Notes: generated by a model not told the origin, from the letters alone. DNA of 32,000 nucleotides from Wolbachia endosymbiont of Dirofilaria (Dirofilaria) immitis (GCF_013365455.1 NZ_CP046578.1:600001-632000), one strand, 5' to 3'; shown: positions 9,299 to 21,013, counted from the stretch's first letter. Program-made: numbers and translations.

Positions 9299-10782
9299 TG
9301 CTACATACCAATAACTTCTTTTATTGAAAAATCCAGAAGAATGGTGCACGATCTTTATAATAGTAAACTTTAGTAAAACTTACTTTAGCTTCAAACTGAC
9401 ATACCTTTTAATAATGGAATCTTAGAGCTGCCTCACTCCGGACTAGCAAAAACAAAGAAACAGATCTATTAAGGAGCTAGTAGAAAAATTGATATTAGAA
9501 AAAACTGAAAGCGAAGGAGAAAAAGTATTAATTAAGCATACTATGAAACTTTATACTCCGAGTATAAAATAAAGGACGTCAAAAACTGATCTTGCCAACC
9601 ATGATAAAGTATTGCGCTACAGAATTAAAAAAATTAAGAGCAAGTAAATCTTACAAAATATCTAATGCCCGTTGTTTCAATAAAGTATAGGAAAGATATT
9701 TATGGAAAATAAAAAAATGCTGTAGAACCATTAGTTTGAACCTCTTAGAGAGTAATGTTTGACTTCTATAGTTTTACCATACATTCGTTATAAAGCTCTT
9801 TTACTCCTTAAGAAATAAACAGCCTCAAGTGCACCAACTTAACGTTGGTATCCTAGTGCTTGGAAACTGAAGCACTTAGCATAGCTACATCTAAACTTAC
9901 CTAGAAAAAGTAGAGAAAAAAGTCTATCTTCTCGCTTCAAAAACTAATTTCAGCAACTTCACATAGTCCTTTCTTTTTATTATCAGTTCTAACTTTTCTT
10001 GTTCTAATCAGCTCGTCAAAGTTAGATTTACTAAATGATCTTGAGCAAGATCTGACATCTTATACACTCCTTTTTAGCTAGAACCTTAGTAACTTTAGCA
10101 TTAACTCTTCCATTTCTTTAAGTAATTTATAATCATTAAATAACAAAAACGTGTTTACCTTGATAATCTAATCTTACAATTCATATTTAACACCTATCTT
10201 TTTACTTAATATCTCAAGCATAGTCTAGATATATCAAAAAATATGGTTTAATTTGCTTAATTACACTTCAGTTAAATAATTTTTTATAATATTTAACTCC
10301 ACTTTTTTTAAATCTTGCCATTAGGAGTTTACATAGAAATAAGACCTACTATGATTTTTTCGTGACTAACTTTAGAATGCATTAACTGTATTGTAGATAA
10401 CCTATGAATCGCTCGATTAATCTATGTTACACTTTTAAGCAACGATGTTTTGTTACTTCTAAAATTGGACAGTAATCAGCAGAACATCTAGCATAAACAT
10501 CTGTAACTTCTAATAGAATCTATGCTTTGAAGCTTTTATTTCTCTAATCTCTTTAATCAGTTCATCAATGCAACAATTTTCACCAGATTCAAATATATTC
10601 TTCGTATGTTTACTAATAGCCTAAGGCTATATACTAAAACTCTGTTATTTTTTTCACATGAAGCCAATGAACTACTTAACACAAAATATTGACTCTATAT
10701 CTTCACCTGAGATTATATATAATAAACTTTGCTCCCTAATATTCTCTTAGCTATTTCATATACAACTTTTCATTCTATGAAA

Positions 10783-12045
10783 TTACTTTCTAACTTCATC
10801 TACTACAACTTTAATATGGCGTTTCTTTCCCGCAGATAATTTTACGAATGACTGACTTTTGAAGCTATCAGAATTTATTATATAGTTAATATCATTTACA
10901 ATATGATCGTTGACTTTGCATCCATTGCCCTGTATTAAACGTTTTGCAGCACCTTTTGAAGACTCAAGACTAGTGTTGTTCAGTAAATCTACCAAAGACA
11001 TACCATGTGCAATTTGTTCCTTTGTTATAGTATACTTAGGAAGTAGCGAACTATTTCTATTTTCAAAAGCAGAGACTGCAGCAGATTGTGCAAGTTCTGC
11101 TTCTTTCTCACCATGGCATATCTTTACAGCTTCTGTTGCCAAAACTTTTTTTGCTTCATTTACTTCTTGATCCTTTAAAGATTCTAGCTTTCTAATCTGA
11201 TCAATTGGCACATCAGTAAGCAACCTCAAAAAACGTCCTACATCTTGATCATCAACATTGCGAAAATATTGCCAATAGTCATAAGGTTTTAACATAGTAT
11301 CATCAAGCCACACTGATCCACTTTCTGTTTTACCCATCTTCACCCCTCGAGCATTCAGTAAAAGAGGAGTGGTAAAACCAAACAACTCAGGTAAGTTCAA
11401 CTTCTTGCCAAGCTCAATTCCATTTACTATATTCCCCCACTGATCTGATCCTCCAATTTGCAGACGACAATCATATTTTTTATTTAATTCAACAAAGTCA
11501 TAGGCTTGCAGCAGCATATAGTTAAACTCCGAAAAGCTTAGATTTTGCTCCCTATTAAGCCTAATCCTTATACTATCAAAACTTAGCATACGATTTATAG
11601 AAAAATATGCTCCTATATTACATAAAAAATCTATGTACTTTATGTTATCTAACCAATCTGCGTTATTTATGATCACTGCACCAGTCTTGCTATCATTAAA
11701 AGACACCATCTTCTCCAGTATTTTCCTTATACTAGATACATTTTGCTTGATGTTTTCTATGGGCAAGGTGCTTCTTTCTTTATCCTTGAAAGATGGATCG
11801 CCAATCTTTGTTGTGCTACCTCCAAGTAAAATTATTGGCTTATACCCAAATTTCTGTAGGTGACGCAACATCATAACTTGAATCAGATGACCAACATGTA
11901 GACCAGGTGCTGTGCAATCAAACCCAATATATGCCACTATATAGTTATTCTGCACCAATAGTTGGTTTAAACCTTCAATATTTGTACATTGGTATAAATA
12001 CCCTCTCTCTCGGATAAAATCCAAAAATTCTGATTTATGCTTCAT
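10783..12045 (-). CDS. tyrS: Tyrosine--tRNA ligase
   Basis: Class I HIGH-type motif (LHVGHL), KMSKS-type motif (KMGKT), GGSDQWGN, and a C-terminal S4-like domain. Confidence 0.95.
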   Translation of the reverse strand: MKHKSEFLDFIRERGYLYQCTNIEGLNQLLVQNNYIVAYIGFDCTAPGLHVGHLIQVMMLRHLQKFGYKPIILLGGSTTKIGDPSFKDKERSTLPIENIKQNVSSIRKILEKMVSFNDSKTGAVIINNADWLDNIKYIDFLCNIGAYFSINRMLSFDSIRIRLNREQNLSFSEFNYMLLQAYDFVELNKKYDCRLQIGGSDQWGNIVNGIELGKKLNLPELFGFTTPLLLNARGVKMGKTESGSVWLDDTMLKPYDYWQYFRNVDDQDVGRFLRLLTDVPIDQIRKLESLKDQEVNEAKKVLATEAVKICHGEKEAELAQSAAVSAFENRNSSLLPKYTITKEQIAHGMSLVDLLNNTSLESSKGAAKRLIQGNGCKVNDHIVNDINYIINSDSFKSQSFVKLSAGKKRHIKVVVDEVRK

Positions 12046-12250
12046 AATTTCTTAGTATATTATTTTATATATGAACATTATCATGAAAACCGTAATGCTA
12101 AAGTCAAGTTTTTTCATATAATCTTACCAAAATTGTTAGTGTGCTTACCTACGATTAAGATTTCTTTGCCCACACAATTCAAACATCTGAAAGTCACCCC
12201 GTAAAGATTCAATACTTATATAGTTGTAAGTCAACTACTCAGATACCCAG

Positions 12251-12583
12251 TCAATCAATCCATAACTCTTCTATTTTATAGTATTCTCTCACTTCTGGTC
12301 TAAATATATGAACCATTACATCTTGAAAAGATACAACTACCCAATTACCTTTGTCTATACCTTCTACATTTGTTTTATCATATGGCTTGAGACTCCTTAT
12401 TATATGCTCAGCTAATGCTCTGACATGGCAGTTTGAACTCCCAGATGCAATAACTATATACTTTGTAACAACAGTTTTATTTTGCACATTGAAAGTAGTT
12501 ATATTATAACCTTTATTTTGACTTATAACGTTTACAATTAAGTTTTTTATTGATTCTGTATTACAGGATATACTATTCATCAC
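12251..12583 (-). CDS. rsfS: Ribosome silencing factor RsfS (iojap family)
   Basis: YIVIASGSSNCHVRALAEHI ... WVVVSFQDVMVHIFRPEVREYYKIEELW matches the RsfS/YbeB signature. Length is 110 aa. Confidence 0.85.
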   Translation of the reverse strand: MMNSISCNTESIKNLIVNVISQNKGYNITTFNVQNKTVVTKYIVIASGSSNCHVRALAEHIIRSLKPYDKTNVEGIDKGNWVVVSFQDVMVHIFRPEVREYYKIEELWID

Positions 12584-13132
12584 TAAATTAAATGTCTACT
12601 TACAATAGTACACTCAAAATTTCTAAACATGAACTATTTTTGACATTACTAACACAGATCATTTATGCTTTTGACGCAACAGTAATGTAATATACATTTT
12701 TTTATATATAATGTAAAAATAGTTTCTCCAACATTGTGTTTATTATAAGTAAAGCCCTTGTTTACTTAACTGGCTTTCTAAGTAGTAGTAAGTTTACTGC
12801 GAAGAACTATACAAGATTGTCAATGCAATAATAGTGAGTAATAACTTATCTAATAACATTAATTTAAGACTACTAAATTACTAAACAAAAGTTCCTTATT
12901 ACTGTGGGAAAAATTTTTGTAGCTAGAGAAAGTGTGTTAGTGATATTGTGTAAATATTAGAAAGGCAAAATTACTGATTCAGATTTTGCTATAAAAAGGA
13001 GTAGAGAAAAGAATGCTATCTTTATCTTAAAAGTTTGCTAAAAATTAACAATTTAAATTTAAGTGTAAAGGAAGCTTAATAAAAAGATTAAATTAGTTAA
13101 AACTCTTATAAGTAATTTAACAAAGTATACTC

Positions 13133-13618
13133 ATGATTAACCAGAAAGATAAATATCGTCCTTGTGTTGGCATAATGCTATTAAATAAACAAGGACATAT
13201 TTTTGTTGGAAAACGCTTTGGCAGTGATTTTTACTGGCAGATGCCGCAAGGAGGAGTTGATAATGGTGAAGAGTTAGAGCAGGCAGCATTACGTGAGTTG
13301 CTAGAAGAGGCTGGCACTGATAAAGCAAAGATTATGGCTAAAAACAAGAGTTGGATATACTATAACTTACCTAAGAAATTTATACCAACTTGCTGGGGTG
13401 GAAGATATTTCGGTCAAAAACAAAGGTGGTTTTTAATGAAATTTCATGGAGAGGATAAAGATATTAATATCAACCATACTGATTATTCAGAGTTCAAAGA
13501 GTGGCGTTGGCAAAGTGCAGATGATTTAGTAGTCAACGCTATACCTTTTAAAAAAAAAGTTTATAAAACTATAATAGAAGAGTTCTCTTCTCAAATAAAA
13601 ATCTCTATTATTAAGTAA
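13133..13618 (+). CDS. rppH: RNA pyrophosphohydrolase (Nudix hydrolase, RppH/NudH type)
   Basis: Nudix box GGVDNGEELEQAALRELLEEAG. YRPCVGIML and WQMPQGG are typical of RppH. Confidence 0.85.
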   Translation: MINQKDKYRPCVGIMLLNKQGHIFVGKRFGSDFYWQMPQGGVDNGEELEQAALRELLEEAGTDKAKIMAKNKSWIYYNLPKKFIPTCWGGRYFGQKQRWFLMKFHGEDKDININHTDYSEFKEWRWQSADDLVVNAIPFKKKVYKTIIEEFSSQIKISIIK

Positions 13619-13633
13619 CATTCGTGTACATTC

Positions 13634-14419
13634 GTGATAATAGATTCTCATTGCCATTTAATTTACTTCTCTGACGATGAAATACCAGAAGTGATTTCAA
13701 GGGCAAAACAAAGCGGTGTAAAAATTTTACACAACATATGTACTAGCATTAATGACATTCCTAAATTACTAAAAATCTCCTCATCGTATGATCAGGTTTA
13801 CTCCTCTATTGGTGTACATCCACTTGATGCTACCGTAGAAAGCGGCAAATTTATACATGTCGATGAATTAGTTGAATTTACCAAGGGTCAAAAGGTAATT
13901 AGCATTGGTGAAACTGGGTTAGATTTTTACAAATCTAATACCCAAAATAATCAGAAAAAAAGTTTTACATCACACATAGAGGCGGCAAGAATAACAGGGT
14001 TACCTTTAGTTATCCATGCTAGAAACGCTGATTGTGAGATGGTTGATATATTAAGGTCAGAAATGAAAATTGGCACTTTTAATGGAGTAGTACACTGTTT
14101 TGCCTCTTCTAAAAAGTTTGCTTACCAAGCTGTGGATCTGGGATTATACATTTCATTTTCTGGAATTATCACTTTCAAAAGTGCTAATTTACTCAGAGAA
14201 ATTGCACAAAATGTGCCACATAAATTCGTTCTAGTCGAAACTGATGCTCCATATCTATCACCTGAGCCTTATAGAGGGAGAAAGAATGAACCAGCAATGA
14301 TAAAATATACCGTGAATTGCCTAGCAGAACTATGGGATGAATCACCTAATAAAGTAGCAAAAATAACCACAAGCAACTTTTTTAGCTTATTTATGAAACT
14401 TAACTCTAGAGAAATTTAG
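13634..14419 (+). CDS. tatD: TatD-family metal-dependent hydrolase/DNase
   Basis: IIDSHCHL N-terminus with a GTG start, plus GETGLDFY, VIHARNA, HCF and ETDAPYL motifs. Confidence 0.85.
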   Translation: MIIDSHCHLIYFSDDEIPEVISRAKQSGVKILHNICTSINDIPKLLKISSSYDQVYSSIGVHPLDATVESGKFIHVDELVEFTKGQKVISIGETGLDFYKSNTQNNQKKSFTSHIEAARITGLPLVIHARNADCEMVDILRSEMKIGTFNGVVHCFASSKKFAYQAVDLGLYISFSGIITFKSANLLREIAQNVPHKFVLVETDAPYLSPEPYRGRKNEPAMIKYTVNCLAELWDESPNKVAKITTSNFFSLFMKLNSREI

Positions 14420-14444
14420 TAAAATCACTGACCTACTTGTGAAG

Positions 14445-15398
<954 letters not shown>

Positions 15399-15971
15399 CT
15401 ACTCCTTTATATTCATTTTTGCAGCTTCGCCCTCCCAAGGGGATAGACTATCAAATATACGAAAATCTTGTGGTAAATCTATAGGATTATATACAACCTT
15501 TTTTGTTTCTATATCATACTTTACCTCCTCATAACCAGTGAGAGGAAAATCTTTCAACATAGGATGACCTTTAAATCCATAATCTGTTAGAATTCTACGC
15601 AAATCAGGATGACCAGAGAATTCTATCCCATACATATCAAAGACTTCACGCTCAAACCACGAAGCTGTGCTGAATATCTTTACTATACTTGAAGGAGTAT
15701 CACTTTCATCTAACTGAAGTTTTATATGTAATCTAATATTATATATAACGCTGAGCAAGTTATATATTAATTCGAAACGCTTTTCTCTATCTGGATAGTC
15801 AACTCCAAAAATATCAACTAATAATTCAAACCTACATTTTTCATCATCACGCAAGAAAAGTAAGTAATTTTCAATATCACCTAAGGCTGCATACATTATA
15901 ATAGTACCATTATCTTGCTGAATACGCTCACATTTAGTCTTTTCTTGTATATACTTTACAGTTTCACTCAT
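15399..15971 (-). CDS. nuoC: NADH-quinone oxidoreductase subunit C
   Basis: FGVDYPDREKRFELIYNLLS and WFEREVFDMYGIEFSGHPDLRRILTDYGF are hallmark NuoC motifs. Confidence 0.9.
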   Translation of the reverse strand: MSETVKYIQEKTKCERIQQDNGTIIMYAALGDIENYLLFLRDDEKCRFELLVDIFGVDYPDREKRFELIYNLLSVIYNIRLHIKLQLDESDTPSSIVKIFSTASWFEREVFDMYGIEFSGHPDLRRILTDYGFKGHPMLKDFPLTGYEEVKYDIETKKVVYNPIDLPQDFRIFDSLSPWEGEAAKMNIKE

Positions 15972-15972
15972 C

Positions 15973-16479
15973 CTATGTACTCTGAGTTTGTTTTATTTTA
16001 TTTTGTAAGCGCAACATTCCATACAGCAACGCCTCAGCAGTTGGTGGACACCCAGGAACGTACACATCAACTGGTACAATTCTGTCACAACCACGAACAA
16101 CCGAATAAGAGTAATGATAATACCCACCACCATTTGCACAACTTCCCATAGAAACAACATATTTTGGATCTGCCATTTGATCATACACCTTACGCAATGC
16201 TGCCGCCATTTTATTGGTTAGCGTGCCGGCAACAATCATAACATCCGCTTGTCTTGGACTTGCACGAAACATTATACCATACCTATCAAGATCGTAACGG
16301 CTGGACGCAGCGTGCATCATCTCCACTGCGCAGCATGCGAGACCAAATGTCATCGGCCATAACGAACCAGACCTTGCCCAATTAATTATATAATCCATTA
16401 GATCACCAAATTTAGTAACAAGGAACCCTTCTTTCTTATAAGAACTATAATCATTACTAGAAAAAATTTGACTTTTCAT
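15973..16479 (-). CDS. nuoB: NADH-quinone oxidoreductase subunit B
   Basis: [38 protein letters not shown] and VPGCPP are the Fe-S cluster N2 ligand motifs. Confidence 0.95.
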   Translation of the reverse strand: MKSQIFSSNDYSSYKKEGFLVTKFGDLMDYIINWARSGSLWPMTFGLACCAVEMMHAASSRYDLDRYGIMFRASPRQADVMIVAGTLTNKMAAALRKVYDQMADPKYVVSMGSCANGGGYYHYSYSVVRGCDRIVPVDVYVPGCPPTAEALLYGMLRLQNKIKQTQST

Positions 16480-16483
16480 AAAC

Positions 16484-16837
16484 TTACTCCCATTCTAACA
16501 CACCTTTACACCACTCATAGACAAAGCCTATAGTAAGGATTAAAAGAAATATCATCATAGACCAAAATCCATAATAACTTATTTTAGATAAAGAAACTGC
16601 CCAAGGGAAAAGAAAGATAACTTCTAAGTCAAATATTATAAATAATATTGAAACTAAGTAAAATTTAATGTCAAAACTTTTTCTTGCTCTTGATAAAGGG
16701 TTAAGACCACACTCATATGTAGAAAGCTTTTCACTATCTGGCTTACTTATAGCAAGAAACATAGGTAATACACCTAAGGCAAGTGATACCACCATTGATA
16801 CGCAAATAAAAATTACTACAGTTAAATATTCACTCAT
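16484..16837 (-). CDS. nuoA: NADH-quinone oxidoreductase subunit A
   Basis: Three predicted TM segments, with YECG and [11 protein letters not shown] motifs. Confidence 0.9.
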   Translation of the reverse strand: MSEYLTVVIFICVSMVVSLALGVLPMFLAISKPDSEKLSTYECGLNPLSRARKSFDIKFYLVSILFIIFDLEVIFLFPWAVSLSKISYYGFWSMMIFLLILTIGFVYEWCKGVLEWE

Positions 16838-16860
16838 TCAATAAAATTACATAAAAAACA

Positions 16861-17229
16861 TTATAAATTCACATGCTTCCCTAGTCTCTTACCACCTAAA
16901 ACATGTACATGAAAATGTGGAACAACTTGCTCTCCATTTTTACCATAATTAGTAACTAACCTATATCCTGTTTCTTCTAAATTATATTTGTATATCACTT
17001 CTCTTATAGCTTTAAAGAAGCCTACTATCTTCTCTGCAGAAGCTTTTAGGATAAAGTCATCATACGAAACATATTGATCTCTTGGCACAACTAAAATATG
17101 AACCGGTGCATCAGGATACTTATCATAAAATGCCAGTACATCTTCATCTTCATACACTTTCTTGCAAGGTAACTCTCCTCTTAATATTTGGGCAAAAACA
17201 TTACTACTATCATAACCTTTGTTACTCAT
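16861..17229 (-). CDS. HIT-family (histidine triad) nucleotide hydrolase
   Basis: Histidine triad HFHVHVLGG, and a CKKVYEDEDVLAFYDKYPDAPVHILVVP N-terminal region. Confidence 0.85.
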   Translation of the reverse strand: MSNKGYDSSNVFAQILRGELPCKKVYEDEDVLAFYDKYPDAPVHILVVPRDQYVSYDDFILKASAEKIVGFFKAIREVIYKYNLEETGYRLVTNYGKNGEQVVPHFHVHVLGGKRLGKHVNL

Positions 17230-17232
17230 ATT

Positions 17233-18138
17233 TTAAGAACGGCTTTTTCCTTCTTTTTCCTTATTAAAGACAAAAGATGGCTTTATTACTTTACCAGGAG
17301 AAACATCTTCGAGATTTGAAAGACCACTTTTAATTCCAAGCTCTCTTGCTTGTTTTTCAATACTTTGCTGCGATTTCATAGAAAATATACTCTTTTTACC
17401 ATAGGGAAAATTATTAGGATTAGTAATATTAAAATCTATACTTGCGATAACCTCTGATGATTGCCCCATCAACTTTCCTGTAGGGCTTATAGCTTCCGAT
17501 AACCACCTATTACCTTCTCGATATAGTGCCTTCCCAATACCATACAATAACTTCCTGTCTGTATGAGTCACAAATTCCCCATTAGCAATCCTTGCCACAC
17601 CTTTGAGATTACGATCAGCTTCACCATAAATCTTGTCAATGACAAGCTGTCTTACTTCCTCTTGGCTCCTTTCCCTGTATTTATAATCATTCCTAATATC
17701 ATTGATAATTCCCTCAACATTAACTGTAATCATAATTCTATTGCTTCCTTTATCTATACACACGCTCGAGTATTTACCATCTAGCTCTTCTATTTCATTT
17801 AACTGCTCTTCAGTTAAATGAAATATATTCCCAGTTAAAGTTCTTGACACAAGAAAAATCACCAATCCTCTTCCCTGTTTTGTTACTTGAACACCAAGAT
17901 CCTTACTAGCTTCTGTTGTTTCTATAGGTGAAATATACTCCTTTTCTTCTTTAGACACATTTATACCAGCAGCTTCCTTTAGTGAAATTTTAGCATCATG
18001 TTGCATTTCACCCATTGAGGCACTTGGTTTCTTTATAGGGTAAATAAAAGCTTTAAGTGGAAGAGTAGAGATATCTTTCATAATTTTTACCCCTCTTTTA
18101 ACTGATCTACCTACCTTATTCCAGAACGATTCTACCAT
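17233..18138 (-). CDS. Hypothetical protein, lineage-specific, no signal peptide or TM segment
   Basis: 301-codon open frame. Its ATG is preceded by TAGGAG (6-nt spacer), and its stop lies 3 nt before the HIT gene start, which suggests co-transcription. No family recognised. Confidence 0.7.
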   Translation of the reverse strand: MVESFWNKVGRSVKRGVKIMKDISTLPLKAFIYPIKKPSASMGEMQHDAKISLKEAAGINVSKEEKEYISPIETTEASKDLGVQVTKQGRGLVIFLVSRTLTGNIFHLTEEQLNEIEELDGKYSSVCIDKGSNRIMITVNVEGIINDIRNDYKYRERSQEEVRQLVIDKIYGEADRNLKGVARIANGEFVTHTDRKLLYGIGKALYREGNRWLSEAISPTGKLMGQSSEVIASIDFNITNPNNFPYGKKSIFSMKSQQSIEKQARELGIKSGLSNLEDVSPGKVIKPSFVFNKEKEGKSRS

Positions 18139-18325
18139 ACATACTCCTAAAGCATCCTTTACAATTAAATGTTACAATACATCTTAAATGGTTAGATAAA
18201 AATACCTAAACTCCTATATTTAGAGTATATAGATAAAGTTATAGAGATTGCAATCACTATTTACATTACCAAAAATATGTGGCATTTTTGCTATTTTTGT
18301 TGTCTAATTTACTTTGCGCTAAATC

Positions 18326-19744
18326 ATGTTCAAATGGAACACAAACAATATTATCGATGCCACTAATGGAAGAAAAGAAGGTAGCTGTAACTGGACACAT
18401 AGCTCAAATATTTCAATAGATACAAGAAGCATAAAAAAAGGTGATGTGTTTATTGCCCTCAAGGGGAAAAAATTTGATGGACATGATTTTCTACATGAGG
18501 CCTTTTTAAAAGGGGCAAAAGTTGCAATAGTAAGCGATAATAAATATAAGAACCTTCCTCTAATTCTTGTGCAAGATACCTTAAAATCTTTACACAACAT
18601 AGCATCATACTACGTTAGAAATGTCCTTGTTAATACTAAAATCATTGCAATTACAGGCAGTATTGGAAAAACTACTACAAAAGATATGTTACACATTGTT
18701 TTATCACAATATGGAATATCTTATGCAACCGAAGGTAATTTGAATAATAATGTAGGACTACCTTTAACAATTCTAAAAGCCCCAGAAAACTGCCAGTACT
18801 TAATTCTTGAAATGGGAATGAATAAAACTGGTGAAATAAAAGAGTTATCTAAGATAAGTAATCCTGATATTGCTGTCATTACTAATGTAGAACCTACACA
18901 TGTTGAGAATTTTTCATCACTATTTGATATTGCTCAAGCAAAATTAGAAGTTCTGCATGGTATGAAAACTGAAGGCACTTTAGTTTTGAATAAAGATAAT
19001 AAATATTACAATTATCTTTCATCATATGCTAACAAAAATGTAGTAAGCTTCGGTAAAGATAAAAATGCTACAGTTTGTTTACTAGACATAACAGAAAATA
19101 ATGAGTCTTCTATCATCACCCCAGCGTCACACGCTAAAAATCAAGCTACTAATAGACTAGGTTTAAAAATTAGACTAAATAATAACCAAATTATAAATTG
19201 TAATTTACACCTGAGAGGCGAACATTTTGCATATTCTGCATTGACTGTTATAGCAATTATACAAATCCTAGGACTTGATTTATCAAAACTACTATTCGCA
19301 CTTGAGAATTTTAGTGTAACTAAGGGTAGAGGCAGCGTTCATAAGGCTAAATATAATGAAAATTATGTATATTTGATTGACGATTCCTATAACGCCAGCC
19401 CTGCTTCAATGAAAGCTGCAATAAAAACTTTAGGTACATATTCTAACCAAAGGAAAGTTGCACTGCTCGGTGATATGCTAGAACTTGGCAATGAAAGCAT
19501 AACATTTCATAAAAAACTGCTTGATTCTATCATAGAACATAGTGTGGACAAAGTTTATACAGTTGGCAAATTTATGTTAGAACTAAATAGCCTTTTACCA
19601 GGCAATATAAAAGGTATACATTTCAGTGATATTAATCAATTAAAGAGTAATTTAGCTAATATTATTCAGGATAATGATATAATTTTAATTAAAGGTTCGC
19701 GAGGAGTAAAAATGAATCTTGTAGTACAAGAATTTGCAATATAA
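18326..19744 (+). CDS. murF: UDP-N-acetylmuramoyl-tripeptide--D-alanyl-D-alanine ligase
   Basis: TGSIGKTTTKDML P-loop, NLNNNVGLPLT, LEMGMN, ITNVEPTHVENF, DDSYNASPASMKAAI, GDMLELG and LIKGSRGVKM. All MurF signature blocks appear intact. Confidence 0.9.
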   Translation: MFKWNTNNIIDATNGRKEGSCNWTHSSNISIDTRSIKKGDVFIALKGKKFDGHDFLHEAFLKGAKVAIVSDNKYKNLPLILVQDTLKSLHNIASYYVRNVLVNTKIIAITGSIGKTTTKDMLHIVLSQYGISYATEGNLNNNVGLPLTILKAPENCQYLILEMGMNKTGEIKELSKISNPDIAVITNVEPTHVENFSSLFDIAQAKLEVLHGMKTEGTLVLNKDNKYYNYLSSYANKNVVSFGKDKNATVCLLDITENNESSIITPASHAKNQATNRLGLKIRLNNNQIINCNLHLRGEHFAYSALTVIAIIQILGLDLSKLLFALENFSVTKGRGSVHKAKYNENYVYLIDDSYNASPASMKAAIKTLGTYSNQRKVALLGDMLELGNESITFHKKLLDSIIEHSVDKVYTVGKFMLELNSLLPGNIKGIHFSDINQLKSNLANIIQDNDIILIKGSRGVKMNLVVQEFAI

Positions 19745-20753
19745 TATTAAAAAGAACTGTTGTTATATTAATTTAAAGATAGGCTATTAGAAATTTCAAT
19801 CATAATAAAACATGATCACTTTTAGTAAAACTAAGATTTATAAGGGAATATATCGTAAAATGCTTAGCAACAGCTGGGTATCTAATAAAGATATTTATTT
19901 GTAATTAGGAAAACTTCTTGCCTAAAGCTGCATAAAAAATTAGTCTAAATATCACATACTTAAGGCAATTCTTTGATGAAAAATCAATCTCAGAAAGCAC
20001 AAAAAATATGACACAGCCATAAATTTTAGTAAATACATTATCCAAGGTAAAAAACATGACTTCTATACTGTTCATATTAAAATAATTGAAAGAATAACAA
20101 GAGCTACAAATATAAAAAAAATATACTTACGGTGATATATTTTCCACTACAAGAATAGAAATAATAAGTTTTTAAAATGAATCAAAGCAAGCTAGAAAGC
20201 AAAAAGCTATAATTCAGCATTTCTAGAATACAATAAAAATTAAATCAAAGTCTTGTTTTAATAAAGAGAATAACTCATTCAATAAGTTTTTGTAGAATTA
20301 GCGATTTATTATCTCCCTCTACCTTTAATTAGTAACAAAATAACTAAATTTTAACTAATATGTGCCCACTGGCTTAGCTAAACGTTATATTATACACTAG
20401 CCTTAATAAACAAAACAAAAAATTTATAATATAGATTAACTAAAGGTTTCTCCCTAAAAATCTATCAAAGTTTATTTTGAATATTATTAATAGAAAATGC
20501 TTATTAGTTAATGCATCTTTTTCAACGGCAAAGCTAATAACTTTCCTCTCAGAAAGAAAACTCATTCTTTATTGGCTAAAAAACCTACAATCGGCAGTGT
20601 AAGCTCTATATTGCTCAGAATCAGGTAAAAATTATAATAAGCAGGTTAGCTAAAAGTGAACTAATCTTAAAATGACACAAATCTGCCTATTACTAATTTT
20701 AAATACAGTACAGAATACTTAAAGGCTCATAGAAAATATTGACATACAAAGAG

Positions 20754-20827
20754 TGCGTCCAGTAGGATTTGAACCCACGACCCACAGCTTAGAAGACTGT
20801 TGCTCTATCCAGCTGAGCTATAGACGC
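20754..20827 (-). tRNA. tRNA-Arg (anticodon UCU)
   Basis: The minus strand reads GCGTCTA-TA-GCTC-AGCTGGATA-GAGC-A-ACAGT-CTTCTAA-GCTGT-GGGTC-GTGGG-TTCAAAT-CCTAC-TGGACGC-A. It folds by hand into a full cloverleaf with a 7-bp acceptor stem and a TCT anticodon. CCA is not encoded. Confidence 0.9.
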
Positions 20828-21013
20828 ACACTATATATAAGTAGCTTCTTACCATGTATGAAGTCAAGGTATTTCATGTAAGTATGGTATTTAAATAAAG
20901 CTCTTTAAAAGACTTTATCACTAATAAGTAATACTAACTTAGAGTTCATTAACTAAGGACTTGGTGACAGAACTTTTAAAATAAGTTATCTTCTATTTTT
21001 TAGTAAACAAAGC

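Noticed and set aside
9438-9444. AGTCCGG (minus strand), reminiscent of the RNase P RNA GGAAAGUCCGG core
   Set aside because: Only a 7-nt match. It lacks the preceding GAGGAAA and any ACAGAAnnCGGCUUA-type 3' element nearby, and the adjacent sequence is inside or next to lysC.
13040-13132. TTAA-rich stretch upstream of rppH as possible CtrA boxes (TTAA-N7-TTAA)
   Set aside because: The spacings I checked were not 7 nt, and TTAA is expected frequently by chance at this base composition.
13618-13638. Tandem 10-nt duplication ACATTCGTG(T)/ACATTCGTG(A) filling the rppH-tatD spacer and containing the tatD GTG start
   Set aside because: Only two short copies. It is probably a small slippage duplication with no demonstrable function. 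It is noted because tandem duplications at gene boundaries are described in Ehrlichia ruminantium.
15399-16837. nuo operon stopping after nuoC and running straight into mdh
   Set aside because: Split and scattered nuo genes are a known feature of Rickettsiales genomes. This is not evidence of a truncated complex I.
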